A stretch of DNA of 62,945 nucleotides, the filler included, from Octopus bimaculoides (lineage: Eukaryota): the NCBI RefSeq assembly GCF_001194135.2. It is 6 parts of 6 records of this genome, joined end to end, with 100 filler letters (N's around TTAATTAATTAA, not from the genome) between each part and the next. Parts side by side here need not be neighbours in the genome. Positions count along the whole stretch, not along the records: positions 1 to 26,661 come from NC_068997.1; 5 more parts are not named here. The stretch is one strand, 5' to 3'. Positions within the stretch are counted from its first letter, which is position 1. The number at the start of each line of letters is the position of its first letter. The translations under genes were made by a program, and so were the position numbers. Below the pieces are notes generated by a model. The model was not told where the DNA came from. It worked only from the letters and a program-made list of their open reading frames with translations, and did no database searches. Of this stretch, positions 1 to 13,269 are shown in pieces.

Positions 1-322
1 TCTGTACATGGCTCGCACAGCTCTCACTAACCATTCTTCTATCTCAAGTTTCCTCATTGACCACCAGATAAGGGATCGGGGGACCCTGTCAAAGGCTTTC
101 TCCATGTCAATGAAAGCCAGGTGCAGAGGTTTATCCTTGGCTAGGTATTTCTCCTGCAGCTGTCTTACTAGAAATATGGCATCAGTGGTGCTTTTACCTG
201 GCACGAACCCAAACTGCATCTCATCTAAATTGATTTGCTCCCTAATTAGTTGGGCTATGACCTTCTCCGTAACTTTCATAACCTGATCTAACAGCTTGAT
301 GCCTCTGTAATTAGCATATGTT
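1..322 (-). mobile_element. RTE-clade LINE fragment (RT region), same family as 9135-12507
   Basis: Reverse complement matches 10620-10940 (NYRGIKLLDQV...QFGFVPGKSTTDAIFLVRQLQEKYLAK...FIDMEKAFDRVP). Confidence 0.85.
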
Positions 323-928
323 GGAGGTATTAAATATATACTATTACGATCAGAAATTACTGAACAATAAAGTAATTTCATTTCACTGAAAGATATATGA
401 ACGCAAGGATAATAGTATGTTAAACTGTTTGCTTTACAACCCTGTGATTCTGTTTGATCCTACTGCATGGAATATGGGAAAATGTTTTCCTTTATAATCT
501 CTAATGGACATTACTTTGTCTTTGTAAAAGGAATATGACTGACAGAAAATGTGTGGAAGACTTGTGTGCATGTTTATATATTGGTAAAGGATGTAAACAT
601 GCTCTTCAAATTACTGCAACCTGCTTACAAATATTCAATTGTTAGTTTTGGTGTCAGAAGTACAGATGAACCACTGATTTGTAATCATTAACTAATGATA
701 ATTAATAAACCGTGTTCCAAAAATATAATGAAGTATTAGTTGCTATTGATATATCTAGATCAAGTTTGTCTCTTTAATAAAAATAAAAATCACAATCAAA
801 TTTTGGATAAATTGTGAAATGAATAATCACTGCTTAATATCTAACAACAACAACAACAGCAGCAGCAGCAGCAGCAACACTACCACCACCACTGTCATTG
901 TCAATTTTGTAATTTATTCAAAGTTCAG

Positions 929-1775
929 TTATGCTGAAGAAAATGCCAAATAAAAGCATTATTAAGGATGATAGTTTGCATAATACTGTCAAATGCAGAG
1001 TAAGGAACAAAGAAAATTGTTCTCCAAAACCCAGTTTTATGTGCAGTGATGAAAATAACTTCCAGGCATCCACTAATGCTTACACTTCAGATCATTTCTC
1101 CTCACAGAGAACTTGGTCAGCCGATGCTGTCTCTGATAATGTACCACAGTGTTCCTGTTGTCCTAAAGGTAAGGAAGAAAGGAACTTGGTAAAGCTGTGT
1201 TGGAAACACACAGTTTTGAATCTCCAATAACTATCCATCCATACTCATCATACTTCAAGGCACCTAAGAATGTCTTGATACTGCTATATTCATCTTAGAG
1301 ATGCACTGAGTGAGCTAGGGAAAAGGTAGATATGTTTTCTTTTGTGGAACAGCACAGCTTAGGCTCCTGGATGAGCTGTGAATGAGGAAGAGCCACCCAT
1401 TTAGGCTACTGTTGATTCCAATTGCCTCGAACAAAATTATTGCATTTTACAAGACTCAGGTGAGTCTTGCATACTTTCATCTAATCAGTTCCACTGTTTG
1501 AGCTTAAGTATCTCAATCATTGAGCTTTTCTCAGTAGAGATAGTATGGCTTTCTCTCATTCACTGCACCTTTGAAATTGCAGTCAGTATCTGTATCTCAC
1601 ACGTCCTGGTCTGCTGCTCTCTTTTGAAAATGGTTGCTCCATCTCTAGTAAAATAAGTAGATGGAATTCAAGGCAGTGTGGTACTGGGATGAGGGATGAT
1701 ATAAAGTTTGAATACATGACAGCAGACGATGTCTTGCCAGCCTTATATCTAAAAAGATTCACCAAGCACAAATAA
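929..1775 (+). pseudogene. Possible three-exon remnant of an unidentified gene (929-1168, 1353-1459, 1587-1775)
   Basis: AG/GT boundaries (AAAG|GTAAGG at 1168, CAG|GTGAGT at 1459) with compatible phases 1,1,0 and protein-like translation, but an in-frame TGA at 1379-1381 and no recognised homology. Confidence 0.3.
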
Positions 1776-1964
1776 CGAATGCTTGGGAAGTAAGAGAGAC
1801 AGTGAACTTTATGACTCTCTTTTTGCCTCTGTGCCATCCTGCCATAGGGCAAAATAAGTTATTAAGAAAAAATTGTTGAGTCGTATGGAGGAGATGACAA
1901 AGGACTGAAAATATTGGCATCTTGCTCATTACAGCAAAAATGGTGTCCTAAAGCCACTCAGATA

Positions 1965-4876
1965 CAGTGTTGCCAACTTAAAATTAGAATTTTATGCTAA
2001 ATTTCAGTAGAAAAAATGCTAAAGACTAATTATATGAAAAACCTTGATTTTTATTTACATTTTTATTCACTTTCTTTAATTATATTCAGCATTGAGAACT
2101 AATTTCTTGAATTTCACTGATTTGATCCGTTTCAGCTGCAGTGCCTAGGTCATGACTTCTGTATACATCCAAGGTCCCAGTCTTGTTAGTTATGTGTTTT
2201 GGAATATCAAAGATTTTGCAACATTTGCCATATCTTTTCAGGCCATATTTTATAGACAGTATTATCTAAGCCTAGGAAGATGCATTTTGGTTTTCAATTT
2301 TGATTTGATTACACCCATACTATTGAACAACCATTCAACTTCTGCATTTGAGTTTGGCAATGTCAATAGATTAATGACAAAATTTGCAACATCTCTAAAA
2401 GGATTTCCTCCAGTAGCATCTTTATATTCCAAGACTTCCAGCCAGAATGCCTCAGTATTAGATATATTTGTCCATTTAACTAAATGAATGCTATTAAACT
2501 GAATTTCAATTGAAGCAATTTTTTCTTCATTTAAATGCATTGCTTCTAAGACAGGTAAAATTGGCTCTTTGAAATACTGCAAAATATTCTCTACTGAAAA
2601 ACATTTGATATTCCTCAGTATATTAATATTTCCTGGCAAACCGTGCTTGAGCTCTTTATAAAGGCAGAGTAAAAATTGTTGTGCTCTTTTGCGAATATTA
2701 TTTTCTTCGGTGGCTGTTGCAGATTTCTTGATAATCATTTCTGCTATCTTTCTCTCGAATCTGTAGCCAAATTTGGTTTAGGATCCATAAATTTTTCAAT
2801 AGAAGTATCTGGATCAAGAGGACCAATTCTACATGTTGACAGCACTATCATAAAAGCAATAGATTTGATCAAATTTGAAAGATATTCAAGTGATATTGTT
2901 TTGTCAACAGTGTTTGATTCAAACAGGTTATTCACTTCCTGAACATGTTTTAAAATTGTGCTGTAAAGCATTTTTCTTTTGTAGTTGGAAGTGAGTTTGC
3001 AATTCAAACCATTGGCTTAAAATTCTATTTACCGCTGGTTCTCTTGACAGCCACCTAGTTCGCGATCTTCCAAGACTCTTTATCATTGATAGGAAGGTAA
3101 AGTTGTTTGTAGGCACTTTGTCTTGTTGAAGAATGAGAGGACCATTTATAGGTTTTGGATACTAAAAATTCTAAATTTATGAGCAAGCATTCAGCACAAG
3201 GGTGGGATACTGCCAACTGTAAAGAATGACATACACATCTATATAGAAGTAATGATGGAACTTCTTTTAATTTCTGGAAAATACCATTGTTGACTCCTAT
3301 CATTACTCTAGCACTGTTGGTTCCTATAGCCAGTAAATTTTTTATATCTAATTTCTTTTTCACTAATTCAATTTTTAAGGCATCTACAATGCCCTCTGCA
3401 TCACATGTTTCTAAAGATACCTTTTTTGAGAGTGTCACTATAATATATGATAACGATTCCTAACAACTTGTTTATCGATATATCATTGGATTCATCTAAT
3501 AATAGGCTAAATTTTCTATCTCCCATATCAGAAATCAAATATCCCCCCCAAAAAAATGGAGGTAGAACATTTCTCACAATATTTGCACATTTTATACAAT
3601 GCAACTTCACTTTGGATATAATATCACTATCGGACATATAATTCTTACATAACTCTATTAAGTGATCACAGCTATTAAATGATGAGTGGCAACAAATAAA
3701 CATTGCTAAATTTGCTTTAAGCATAGATGTCTTATCATTATTGGTTTTAATAAAATTGGTAAGAAGAATCATTTGCTGTGGAATTGATGCCTTATGTTTC
3801 TTTGCTTCACAGTGGCTTACTAAAACAGAATATTTTGCCAACATATTACATCTACAATATCTATAATGTGCTTTAGATTGATCACTAGGTACTTCACACA
3901 ACCACTTAGTAAACGCTGGCATCTTAAGCCATTCCTTTCAGAATTTTTGCTGGTACAACTTGGTATTTTCTTTGCTCATTATAATGTAGTGGGAAGCAAG
4001 AAAATAAATTGAATGATTAATAAAAATATAAAATTGAAAACAACAACTTATTAGTTTGCCGCTAACAATTCTTTCATTCGTCATTAACAATTCTTATGTT
4101 TGTTGCTTACAAGTTCTTGAGGTGAAGAATATATAAATGGAAAAGTAAAACCTGCAGAAATCCTAAAACTGTGTTCTGATATAAACCTGGGAACATCATA
4201 TTTCGCTTCCAATCTTACATTTAATATCTATTGGTAAAACCACAAATATAACTACAATACTTGAAAAAAAAAAAGTAGAAACATAAAGGAGGAGACTCAG
4301 CCACCCCTGTACTTCTATACAAGATATATAATCTAAAACAAGCATGAAAAAACACAGGCCTATTTTAAAACAAACTGAAAATAAATCAGTCAACCTGTCA
4401 TGATAAAAACTCATCACTACAGAATAAAGCATTGTTAGGATGAATTTCCATGCTTTCATTCTTTGCAACATATTTACATTATTGTATGGCGAGTTCAGAT
4501 GCTGACATGAGTTATCTTCTCCCCCTCCCCCCAGCAGCACCACTCTGTATCCAAGCTGGTGGGGGAGCAGGAAAAGTTCATAACTTGATAAACTTTCATT
4601 TGAAGTTTCAAGAAAGTGAAAGAAAAATTCAACAATAGCTGATAGCAGTAAAATTTGGCTATAAGAAACATTAACGAATGTAGAAAAGGAGGAAAAAGAC
4701 GAAAAAAGGGTAACTATTGTGGATATGTCATGATCAGAGAAAAATGCTGAAAAAAATGCTAAATAAAATTTTAAACCTGCTATTTTCCCTGCTAAATGCT
4801 AGATTCAAAAATTTTCTGCTAAATGCTTAGAAAAAATGCTAGATCTGGCATAAAATATGCTAAATTGGCAACCCTG
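1965..4876 (-). mobile_element. hAT-superfamily DNA transposon, full length, transposase frameshifted
   Basis: TIRs CAGTGTTGCCAA (1965) / TTGGCAACCCTG (4876) and perfect 8-bp TSD CTCAGATA (1957-1964, 4877-4884). Minus-strand ORF pieces give a BED-like Zn finger, LLLDESND, CVCHSLQL (CxxH) and the hAT dimerisation motif LPNSNAEVEWLF. Confidence 0.92.
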
Positions 4877-4899
4877 CTCAGATATGCTTGTACATACAA

Positions 4900-5620
4900 G
4901 GCCATGTTCCCACACCTCTCTCCCTGGCATGTCAGGCAATCCTTTCCCCACCCATGTATGGTACTATGTAGCTACTGTATTCACATGCAAGCAATACAGC
5001 ACATATTATATGCTATACCCTCCAAATGGTCCCAACCACCTCACTGCAAACTACACCCATTCCTCATTGTTATTATCCACACTATTTCAACCAATCACCT
5101 CCTTGCTGTGCCTTCAGCCACTCTGCCATACTCCATTCTAAACATCTCTTAATCTATCATTCTCAATACCTTTCCATATCGTCTATCATGACCCACCTAC
5201 TATAGCTTTCATATGTATCACTATCTCTACCTCTCCACAGTTCCAACACCTTGTACATTGTTCTCCTACTTTTTGTTCTACTCACCTTCCTGAAACACTC
5301 CCATATCTCCAAACTTACTCTTCTGCATACTGGTATTTCCCCTCCATCTTTGTTCATCACTCACTACACTAACCTCTACCTATTTACTCCCTCCTCACAC
5401 TATTATGAAAGCATCTACTTTCTCATCATCTTTCATGATCCATTATCCTTGTTCTATTTGATGCTCACCTTGTTCCTTGAGAGTTTGCTCTAGTACTTCA
5501 TCACTACCTTCTTCTTACCTCCTTCAGCCATATTTCCTCTATAGTAAGACAACTGTGCTAGTCTCTGTACATACTTTAACCTTTCAACACCTGGCATACA
5601 GCCACAACCTCCATTTTCCT
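4900..5620 (-). mobile_element. Possible heavily decayed LINE ORF1-like remnant
   Basis: Purine-rich minus strand with broken Cys/His-rich (PHD-like) and charged stretches; many stops. Confidence 0.3.
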
Positions 5621-5744
5621 CTCCTAAATATTCCTTCTTAGTAGTGGGAGCTTTTTCCTCCCTTTCCTTCTCCTCCTCCTTTGTTCTTTTTTCTTCAAAT
5701 TACATGGCAATCTCACTACTGTTGATGTCATGAAAAAAAAGACA

Positions 5745-5905
5745 CCCATGACATTTTGTAAAGTGGCTGGCATTAAAAAGGGCATCCAGCTGTAGAAACC
5801 ATGCCAAAGATGACATTGGAGCTTGACACACAGCCCTGCAGCTCGCCAGTTCCTGGTCAAACCATCCTACCCATGCCACTATGGAAATGGATGTATGATG
5901 ATGGT
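5745..5905 (+). mobile_element. RTE 3'-tail-derived short repeat
   Basis: AAGGGCATCCAGCTGTAGAAAC...ACCCATGCCA...GATGATG, matches the 3' end of the LINE at 12350-12507. Confidence 0.75.
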
Positions 5906-6819
5906 GAAATTAATTTATTTTACCCATGACTGATGTGCAAGGTTCTCACAACATATTTCTTATCTGACATATTTTTCTAAAAACATTGAAAATTTTACAG
6001 AAATCTATTTCTTATCTTAAATTTAAAAATTTTTTAACTTTTTACAATATAATTTTGACTATTCAGTTAAGTAAATGAAGTACTCAGAGTTACTTGATCC
6101 CGAGTAGATATGCCAAAATATGTTTTGTAGGTCTTTAACATTTTAGCAGATGCTGCGACTATTTTTACACTCCTATTTTGATAAATTAGCCATAGACATA
6201 GCAAAATACACTTGCCAGACGCTTGCAGCCTCTTGACAACACTGCTGATAAATGCAGATAGGCCTTTTTACATAGGCAGCTAAAACTAAACTAAGCTGAA
6301 GATTTAGAGCTTTGGTATCTATATTACTATTTACATGAAGGGCATGTTCTAGAAAGTTCATGAAATTTTGAGAAAATTCTCAGCACTAAATCTATATGGA
6401 AAATCTGGAAAATAGGTAAATTTCAAAATATCATTACTGAGGTCACAAAAGCAAAGTTTGATGAGAATAATAGTCATTTTCTGTAACTTTTAGGCAAATG
6501 CAAAAAGGAAGTGACTTACTGTTTAGAGACAAAAATGTAAACATTTTATTACATGGTGTAACTGATGTTTAATACTTGATGATAATGAATACTATTATTT
6601 AACTTATTCATTTTACACTGGTTAACCGAGTCTGACTAGTCAACTTTGATTCAGCTGCTATAAGATAACTGGTGTGGAGATGGATCTCAAAACTTATATT
6701 CATAGACTAAGAAGAATATGTCAAATGATAATATTGTGTCATGTTCTGAGACAATCACCTCCACTTCATATGTGAATGATTAGCATTAGAAATAACACAA
6801 CTGTACAAAATTTACAATA

Positions 6820-6945
6820 CAGGGTGTCCACAAAGTCTGGGTACATGGGATTAACACATACTTCAAGAAATTATTATTTCTTATATTTAATTGTTTATGT
6901 TATGATTTTATTTACTCTATGTACCCAGACTTTGTGGACACCCTG
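6820..6945. mobile_element. Tc1/mariner-type MITE (126 bp)
   Basis: TIR CAGGGTGTCCACAAAGTCTGGGTACAT and its reverse complement, TA on both flanks; second copy at 55010-55136. Confidence 0.9.
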
Positions 6946-7044
6946 TATAAAAATATCAACATTTACACACACATATATGATAGCATGGGAAATTTGAAGA
7001 CATTAAAGAAATTTTTTAAAAACTTGTAAACTAAATATGATTAC

Positions 7045-7192
7045 CAGAATTTTTGTTTAACATAATTTCAGGCAGGACATCATCCAGTTCTTCTGTATTC
7101 TGTGTTTCTAGAACCATATTCGGCATTGTTATAATATCATCCTCATCTGAAGATTTTATACTGTCTTCAGTATCTGATTCTATGAGCTCCTC
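7045..7192 (-). pseudogene. NO VEIN-like gene, acidic exon (EELIESDTEDSIKSSDEDD...)
   Basis: Strong pyrimidine tract then TAG acceptor, open 49 codons, GTAATC donor; phase 0 joins the acidic end of exon 20247-20477. Confidence 0.6.
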
Positions 7193-9134
7193 CTACAAAA
7201 GAAAAAAAGCAAAACAAAACAAAGCCTTGCGGGTAGTAATATATTCCATCCATAAATATTAAGTTTTTTTTTTTTTTTTGTTGCTTTTAAAACTCATTAA
7301 TATAGCTCCAAATATCTTCACACTCAGGTGAAAATACTTTGCAATTTAAATATCTATATAATCAGACACCATCAATGATTTATGTTTAATATGAATAGTA
7401 AAGGTATGACAAATATAACAAAGTATTCATGTGTTAAGCATAGCTGGGCAAAGTGTCAAGTGTTAAGCATAGCTGGGCAATTTTTAACTGAATGCACAAA
7501 GGCAACTTGATCTATCTGGTATCAGTGCCATTGCTAGTACTATTTCTCTGATGAATGTATTTAAAAATATAAACTCAAAGTTGTTTATCTAACCTTGGAT
7601 TATATATCTCAGTGATAGTGTATAATAGAGAAATTCCAAATTTGTTGAAAATGAAAAGACAATAACTATAGAATTAAAGTTGTAAATTTAAAATGATAAA
7701 GTGTTATGTCAAAATATATTTCTGTGACCCAGCTTTGCTGAAGATAAAAGTAAATGGTTTCCAAAAATGTTATACTGTATGAAGCTTAAACCAAAAAATA
7801 TCATTGTACGAGAATGTAGAAATATTTACCTGACTCAGATTTTATTTCTCTAAGGATTATCAAAATAAATCTCTTTACAATTTTCATTTTTAAAATATTT
7901 TTAAACTCATAAGTTAACACTGTAAGTAGTATGTAAGTTAGTATAGAAACAAAAATCCATTGAAAACTTGGAGTGAGCAGTGTAATTACGGTTTTGCCAT
8001 CCTTACTAGCTCTGGTCTAAATTTCTCTCACACTTGAAAAACAAATTTACATATGCATACATAGGTATATAACTGATATTACAGTTGCAAGTAACTAATA
8101 ACACAGACACAGTAACTTCAAGTCTTACTTAACTGTATTTCAATTGGCTATAAATAGACAATTACTTAAATGTATTCTAAGTGCAACAATTTGGCTAAGT
8201 AACAACCAACTGGGCATTATGAATCTATTTTTTGTTGGTCATAACTGTGGCTAATTAGAAAGTTCTTCAACAATTTAACTCTGGAGTCTGCAAAAGCCAA
8301 TATAAAGTGTTGTTAACTTGACTCCATTAAAGTTACTGCTATAGCCAGCTGATGCTATGTCATTCAGTATCAGAGCACAGCATATAAACTTCTCTCAGAC
8401 TTATCATACAACAAACACACACCTACATACAGACTGTTACCATTCTTTCACACCAGCAGACAGAGTGTTTGCTGTTCTATCTCATTATTATTATTACTAT
8501 TCTTTCTCATTGGCAGTGGCAATGTTAAAACCATTCATTCAATTATGTTATCCTAAATCCTGAAAATTCTATCTCCTTCTGTTCTATTTTCGACCAGCCT
8601 AGCTTTTGGCCTTTGCTTGTTCTCTTTTCCTCTCTCTCTCTCAGTTCTGTTAACCACTTGCTTCTCCCAACACTTTACCTCTGTTCCCCCCACCCCACCC
8701 CATTCTATATAAACTAGCTCATTCAGATTCTCCTACCTCATATTTTAATATCTTGCCACACAGAGTAGAAGACAAGATGTTCAGATAAGCAACTTTGTTT
8801 TCCAACCTAGCACTCACCTAAAACCTCTTTTACAGCACAAATTATAATTACTTTAGTATTTCATTTCATTATCCATCTATGTAAACACAATTTCGTCTTC
8901 CATGCTGTACATTTAGAGAAAAACTTAAGATCCTTACCGTCAATCCAACTCTCCCTCTTTCTCCCTTCTCCCTCTCTTTCATGCTCATTTATTATTGTTA
9001 TTCATTCATTTATCTAATTTTGTCACAGTTTGACTGACCAAAAACTGTTGGTTATAGCTCTAGTTAAGAATGCAAATGCTCAATTTTATCTCATTATTAT
9101 TATCACCATTCTTTCACACTGGCAGCTAAAGTGT

Positions 9135-12100
9135 TTGCAGATTGTTGAGATGCCTGAACGGAGACATGGTGGAGAGGAAGTTCTGCTAAGTTTCTCACAG
9201 GCAAAGAACATAGGTATAAGATATTCTGGGTAGGGAACACTGATAAGGTCAGGAGCGTGGGTATACTTCTTGCAGAGAAACAGGTTAATAAGGTAATCGA
9301 AGAAATCAGAGTCTGTGATAGAATACTTAAGCTTAGATTAGTGCTGCAACATGGATTAGCAACCATTCTCTTGGCTTATGTCCCTCAGCCAGGACTACCT
9401 GATGAACAGAAAGACCAATTTTATGACACCCTCTTGCAGACTACCTCATTGACGAATGATATGGACCTTCTCTTTGTGGCTGGTGACTTCAATGGTATGT
9501 TGGACAACATGCAGAGGGCTTTCATGGCATACATGGTGGCTATGGTTTTGGTTCCCACAATGAGGAGGGAAAGGGGCTGATGGAGTTCTGCGATGCAAAT
9601 GATCTTATGGTTTGTAATACTAACTTCAGGAAACCTCCCAGTCACCTATTCACCTACTGGTCTGGAACCAGGAAACAGGAAAGATGGCTACTTATAAATG
9701 CCAAAACCTTCTCAGGTGAAGAATGCACCCCGCAACATAGATTAGTAGTTAGCAACTTCAGGATCAGGGCTAAATGGATGCCCAAAAAACAACCAGCATG
9801 GAAAAGAAGGGTCTGGAAGCTTAAGGATCCTCTAAGTGGACAGAGATTTAGAGATGTATTACGTGAAGCTTTTGACGAAATAGAGGAAGATATAGCATCA
9901 CATAATGTGGAAGAAACTGGAGGTTCCTACAGGACAACCCGTTGAGGACTACTGACCAGATCTGTAGATGGTGTGAAGTCCCTTCTTGACCCACGGTAAC
10001 ATGGTGGTAGAACAATGTAGTTGACAGGGCCATTAAAGAAAAGAAACAGACATGGAAGAACTGGAGGAACGGTGGTAGCAGGGAATTGTAACAGATTGTC
10101 AGAAGGGAAGCTAGGAAACAGGTTTACTTAGCCAGAGGGGAAGCAGATAAAAAATTTGCCAATGTTCTGCGTCATGAGGACCAAAGACTTAAAATGTTTT
10201 ATGTTGCAAGATAGTGTGTGAGAATCTTGATGTCATAGGAGAGATAAGTGTCTGCAGGGATGATAGCTCACTTGCATTTAATGAGGCTGCAAAGAGAGAA
10301 GTTTGGAGACGCCACTATGAAAGGATGCCAAATGAAGAGAATGAACAAGAGAAAGAGAAGCTGCCAAATGTCAACCCAACAGAGGGATCAGCTATCCAAA
10401 TTGAGAGTACCTTGGTAGAAAAAGGAATTAAGGGTATGAAGACAGGGAAAGCCCCTGGCCCATCAGGAATCACTGCTGAGATGCTCAAAATATCTGGCAG
10501 TGTTGGCTATAGCCTAGTCACCTGTATCATTAACCAGGTGATACATGAAGGAGTCATACCCAATGACTGGTGTAGCAGCACCATAGTCAACTGCTACAAA
10601 GGTAAAAGCGAAGCATTAGATATGAATAATTACAGGGATATCAAACTACTGGATCAGGTGATCATGGTCATGGAGAGGGTCATAGCCCAATTAGGGAGAA
10701 AGTTACCCTAGATGAGATGCAGTTTGGTTTTGTGCCAGGTAGAATCACCACTGATGCTATATTTCTGGTAAGGCAACTGCAGGAGAAATACCTAGCCAAA
10801 TATAAACTTCTGTACTTGCCTTATGTTGACATGGAGAAAGTTTTTGGCAGGGTCCCCTAATCTGGTGGTCAATGCGGAAACTAGGGATAGATGAGTGGTT
10901 AGTGAGAGCTGTACAAGAAATGTACAGGGATGCTGTCAGTAAGGTGAGGGTAGGCAACGAGTATAGTGAAGAATTCCAGGTAGGGAAGGGGTCCACCAAG
11001 GATCAGTCCTCAGTCCCCTCTCATTCATCATAGTTCTCCAGGCAATAACAGAAGTCAAGACAGGATGCCCATAGGAGCTTCTCTATGCTGATGACCTTGC
11101 TCTAACAGCTGTGTCACTATCAGAACTAGAGAAGTTTCAGGTGAGGAAGCAAGGTCTAGAATCGAAGACCTCAGAGTCAATCTAGCAAAAACCAAAGTCT
11201 TAGTAAGTAGGAAGACAAACAAATTACAAATCCCTTCAGGTAGATGGCCCTGCTCAATCTGTAGAAAAGGTATAGGTAGAAACTCCATAAGATATATCCA
11301 GTGTAAGCTATGGATGCATAAGAGGTGAAGCAACATCAAAGGAAGGCTAACTGGGAAGATAGTTTTTGTGTGTGGCAAATGCTCAGGGGCAATAAACACT
11401 GAAAATGTGCAGAAAACAGCTTCCGTCACATGCCAGAGGGAAAAACTAGAAGCAGTTGATAGCTTCCGTTACCTAGGTGACTGTCGGTAGCAGGGGTGGT
11501 TGCTCTGAAAGTATAGCTGCTAGAATAAGAATAGCCTGGGCAAAGTTCAGAGAACTCCTACTTCTGCTGGTAACAGAGGGCCTCTTGCTCAGAGTGAAAG
11601 GTAGATTGTATATGCATGTGTGCGAGCAGCCATACTATATGGCAGTGGAACATAGGCTGTGACTGCTGAGGACATGCGCAATCTTGCAAGAAATGAAACT
11701 AGTTTGCTCCTCTGGATGTGTAATGTCAGTGTGCATACACAACAGAGTGTAAGCACCCTGAGAGAAAAGTTGAACATGAGAAGCATCAGATGTGGTGTGC
11801 AAGAGAGAGACTATGCTGGTATGGTCATGTGTTGCATATGGATGAGGACAGTTGTGTGAAGAAGTTCACACCCTAGCAGTAGAGGGAACCTGTGGAAGAG
11901 GTAGACCCAGGAAAACCTGGGATGAGGTGGTGAAGCATGACTTTCAAACGTTGGGCCTCATGGAAGTGATGATGAGTGACCAAAACCTTTGGAGATATGC
12001 TGTGCTTTAGAAGACCTGACAAGCCAAGTGAGACCGCAACTGTGGCCTATGCCAGTGTGGCATAACCAGCCCATTTAAGAGTACCCTTCAATCATTGGGT

Positions 12101-12507
12101 AATAAACTGTGCTTGGGAAGACCTGCTGAGTCAAGTGAAATCATTGTCGTGGCTGATGCCGATATCGCCTGACTGGCTCCCATGCCAGTAGCACGTAAAA
12201 AGCACCATTTGAGTATGATCATTGCCAGCGCTGCCTGACTGGTTCCCGTGCTGGTGACATGTAAAAAGCACCATTTAAGTATGATTGATGTCAGTACTGC
12301 CTGACTGGCTATAGTGCCGGTGGCACATAAAAAGCACCCACTACATTCTTGGAGTGGTTGGCATTAGGAAGGGCATCCAGCTGTAGAAATCTTGCCAGAT
12401 CAGATTGGAGCTTGGTACAGTCTTCTGGCTTGCCAGTCCTCAGTCAAACTGCCCAACCTATGCCAGCATGGAAAGCGGACATTAAACAATGATGATGATG
12501 ATGATGA
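9135..12507 (+). mobile_element. RTE-clade LINE, 5'-truncated and decayed, with 3' UTR and (GAT)n tail
   Basis: APE endonuclease fragments (AYVPQ, VAGDFNG), RT (GKAPGPSG, YADD at 11084-11095), C-terminal GRPRKTW, tail GATGATGATG at about 12490-12507. Confidence 0.92.
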
Positions 12508-12614
12508 CTGTCATATACATGCATGAAAGAACACATCACACACATGCAATAAGGATATATTCATTTCATATTGTTGTTTAAAAGCTTTCCTGTTTTGATT
12601 CATCTGTTTACTTT

Positions 12615-12978
12615 TTTACTCTTTTACTTGTTTCAGTCATTTGACTGTGGCCATGCTGGAGCACCGCCTTTAGTCGAGCAAATCGATCCTAGGACTTATT
12701 CTATCGATCTCTTTTGCCGAACCGCTAAGTTACGGGGACGTAAACACACTAGCATCGGTTGTCAAGCGATGTTGGGGGGACAAACACAGACACACAAACA
12801 CATACGTATATATATATACATATATACGACGGGCTTCTTTCAGTTTCCACCTACCAAATCCACTCACAAGGCTTTGGTCGGCCCGAGGCTATAGTAGAAG
12901 ACATTTGCCCAAGGTGCCACGCAGTGGGACTGAACCCAGAACCATGTGGTTGGTAAGCAAGCTACTTACTACACAGCC
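12615..12978 (-). mobile_element. tRNA-derived SINE family 1
   Basis: Minus-strand A box TGGCTGTGTGGT-type and B box GGTTCAGTCCC, CORE-like CCTTGGGCAA, internal (TA/CA) microsatellite; at least 8 copies in the window. Confidence 0.85.
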
Positions 12979-13269
12979 TTCTTTGTAAACATGAACTCCT
13001 GCTTTCCAATACATTAGAGATAGACATTTTTCTTTTGTATTTTCTATTGATCTGTCATCATCAATTTTATCTTTTTAATGGAATGAACAGAAATTTTTGA
13101 AAGAAACTATGCCATGAAGTCATTTCTTCATCATCCTTCCATTAAAAATTTCCAGTTTGAACAACAAGTACAACTTGGAGACAACTCTGAAGTATGTTAG
13201 CCTCGACTGGTTTTGTCTTTCATGCAGAAGGCACACTTGGAAAGTTCCCACTTTCCCTGTTATTCTTTC

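Noticed and set aside
6173-6404. Possible next NO VEIN-like exon (TTTTCCAG acceptor at 6405; ORF MNFLEHALH...)
   Set aside because: The phase-1 frame stops after 15 codons, the longer ORF is in another frame, and I recognise no homology.
7431-7480. Short direct duplication GTGTTAAGCATAGCTGGGCAA
   Set aside because: Two copies only; ordinary local slippage, not an array or CRISPR.
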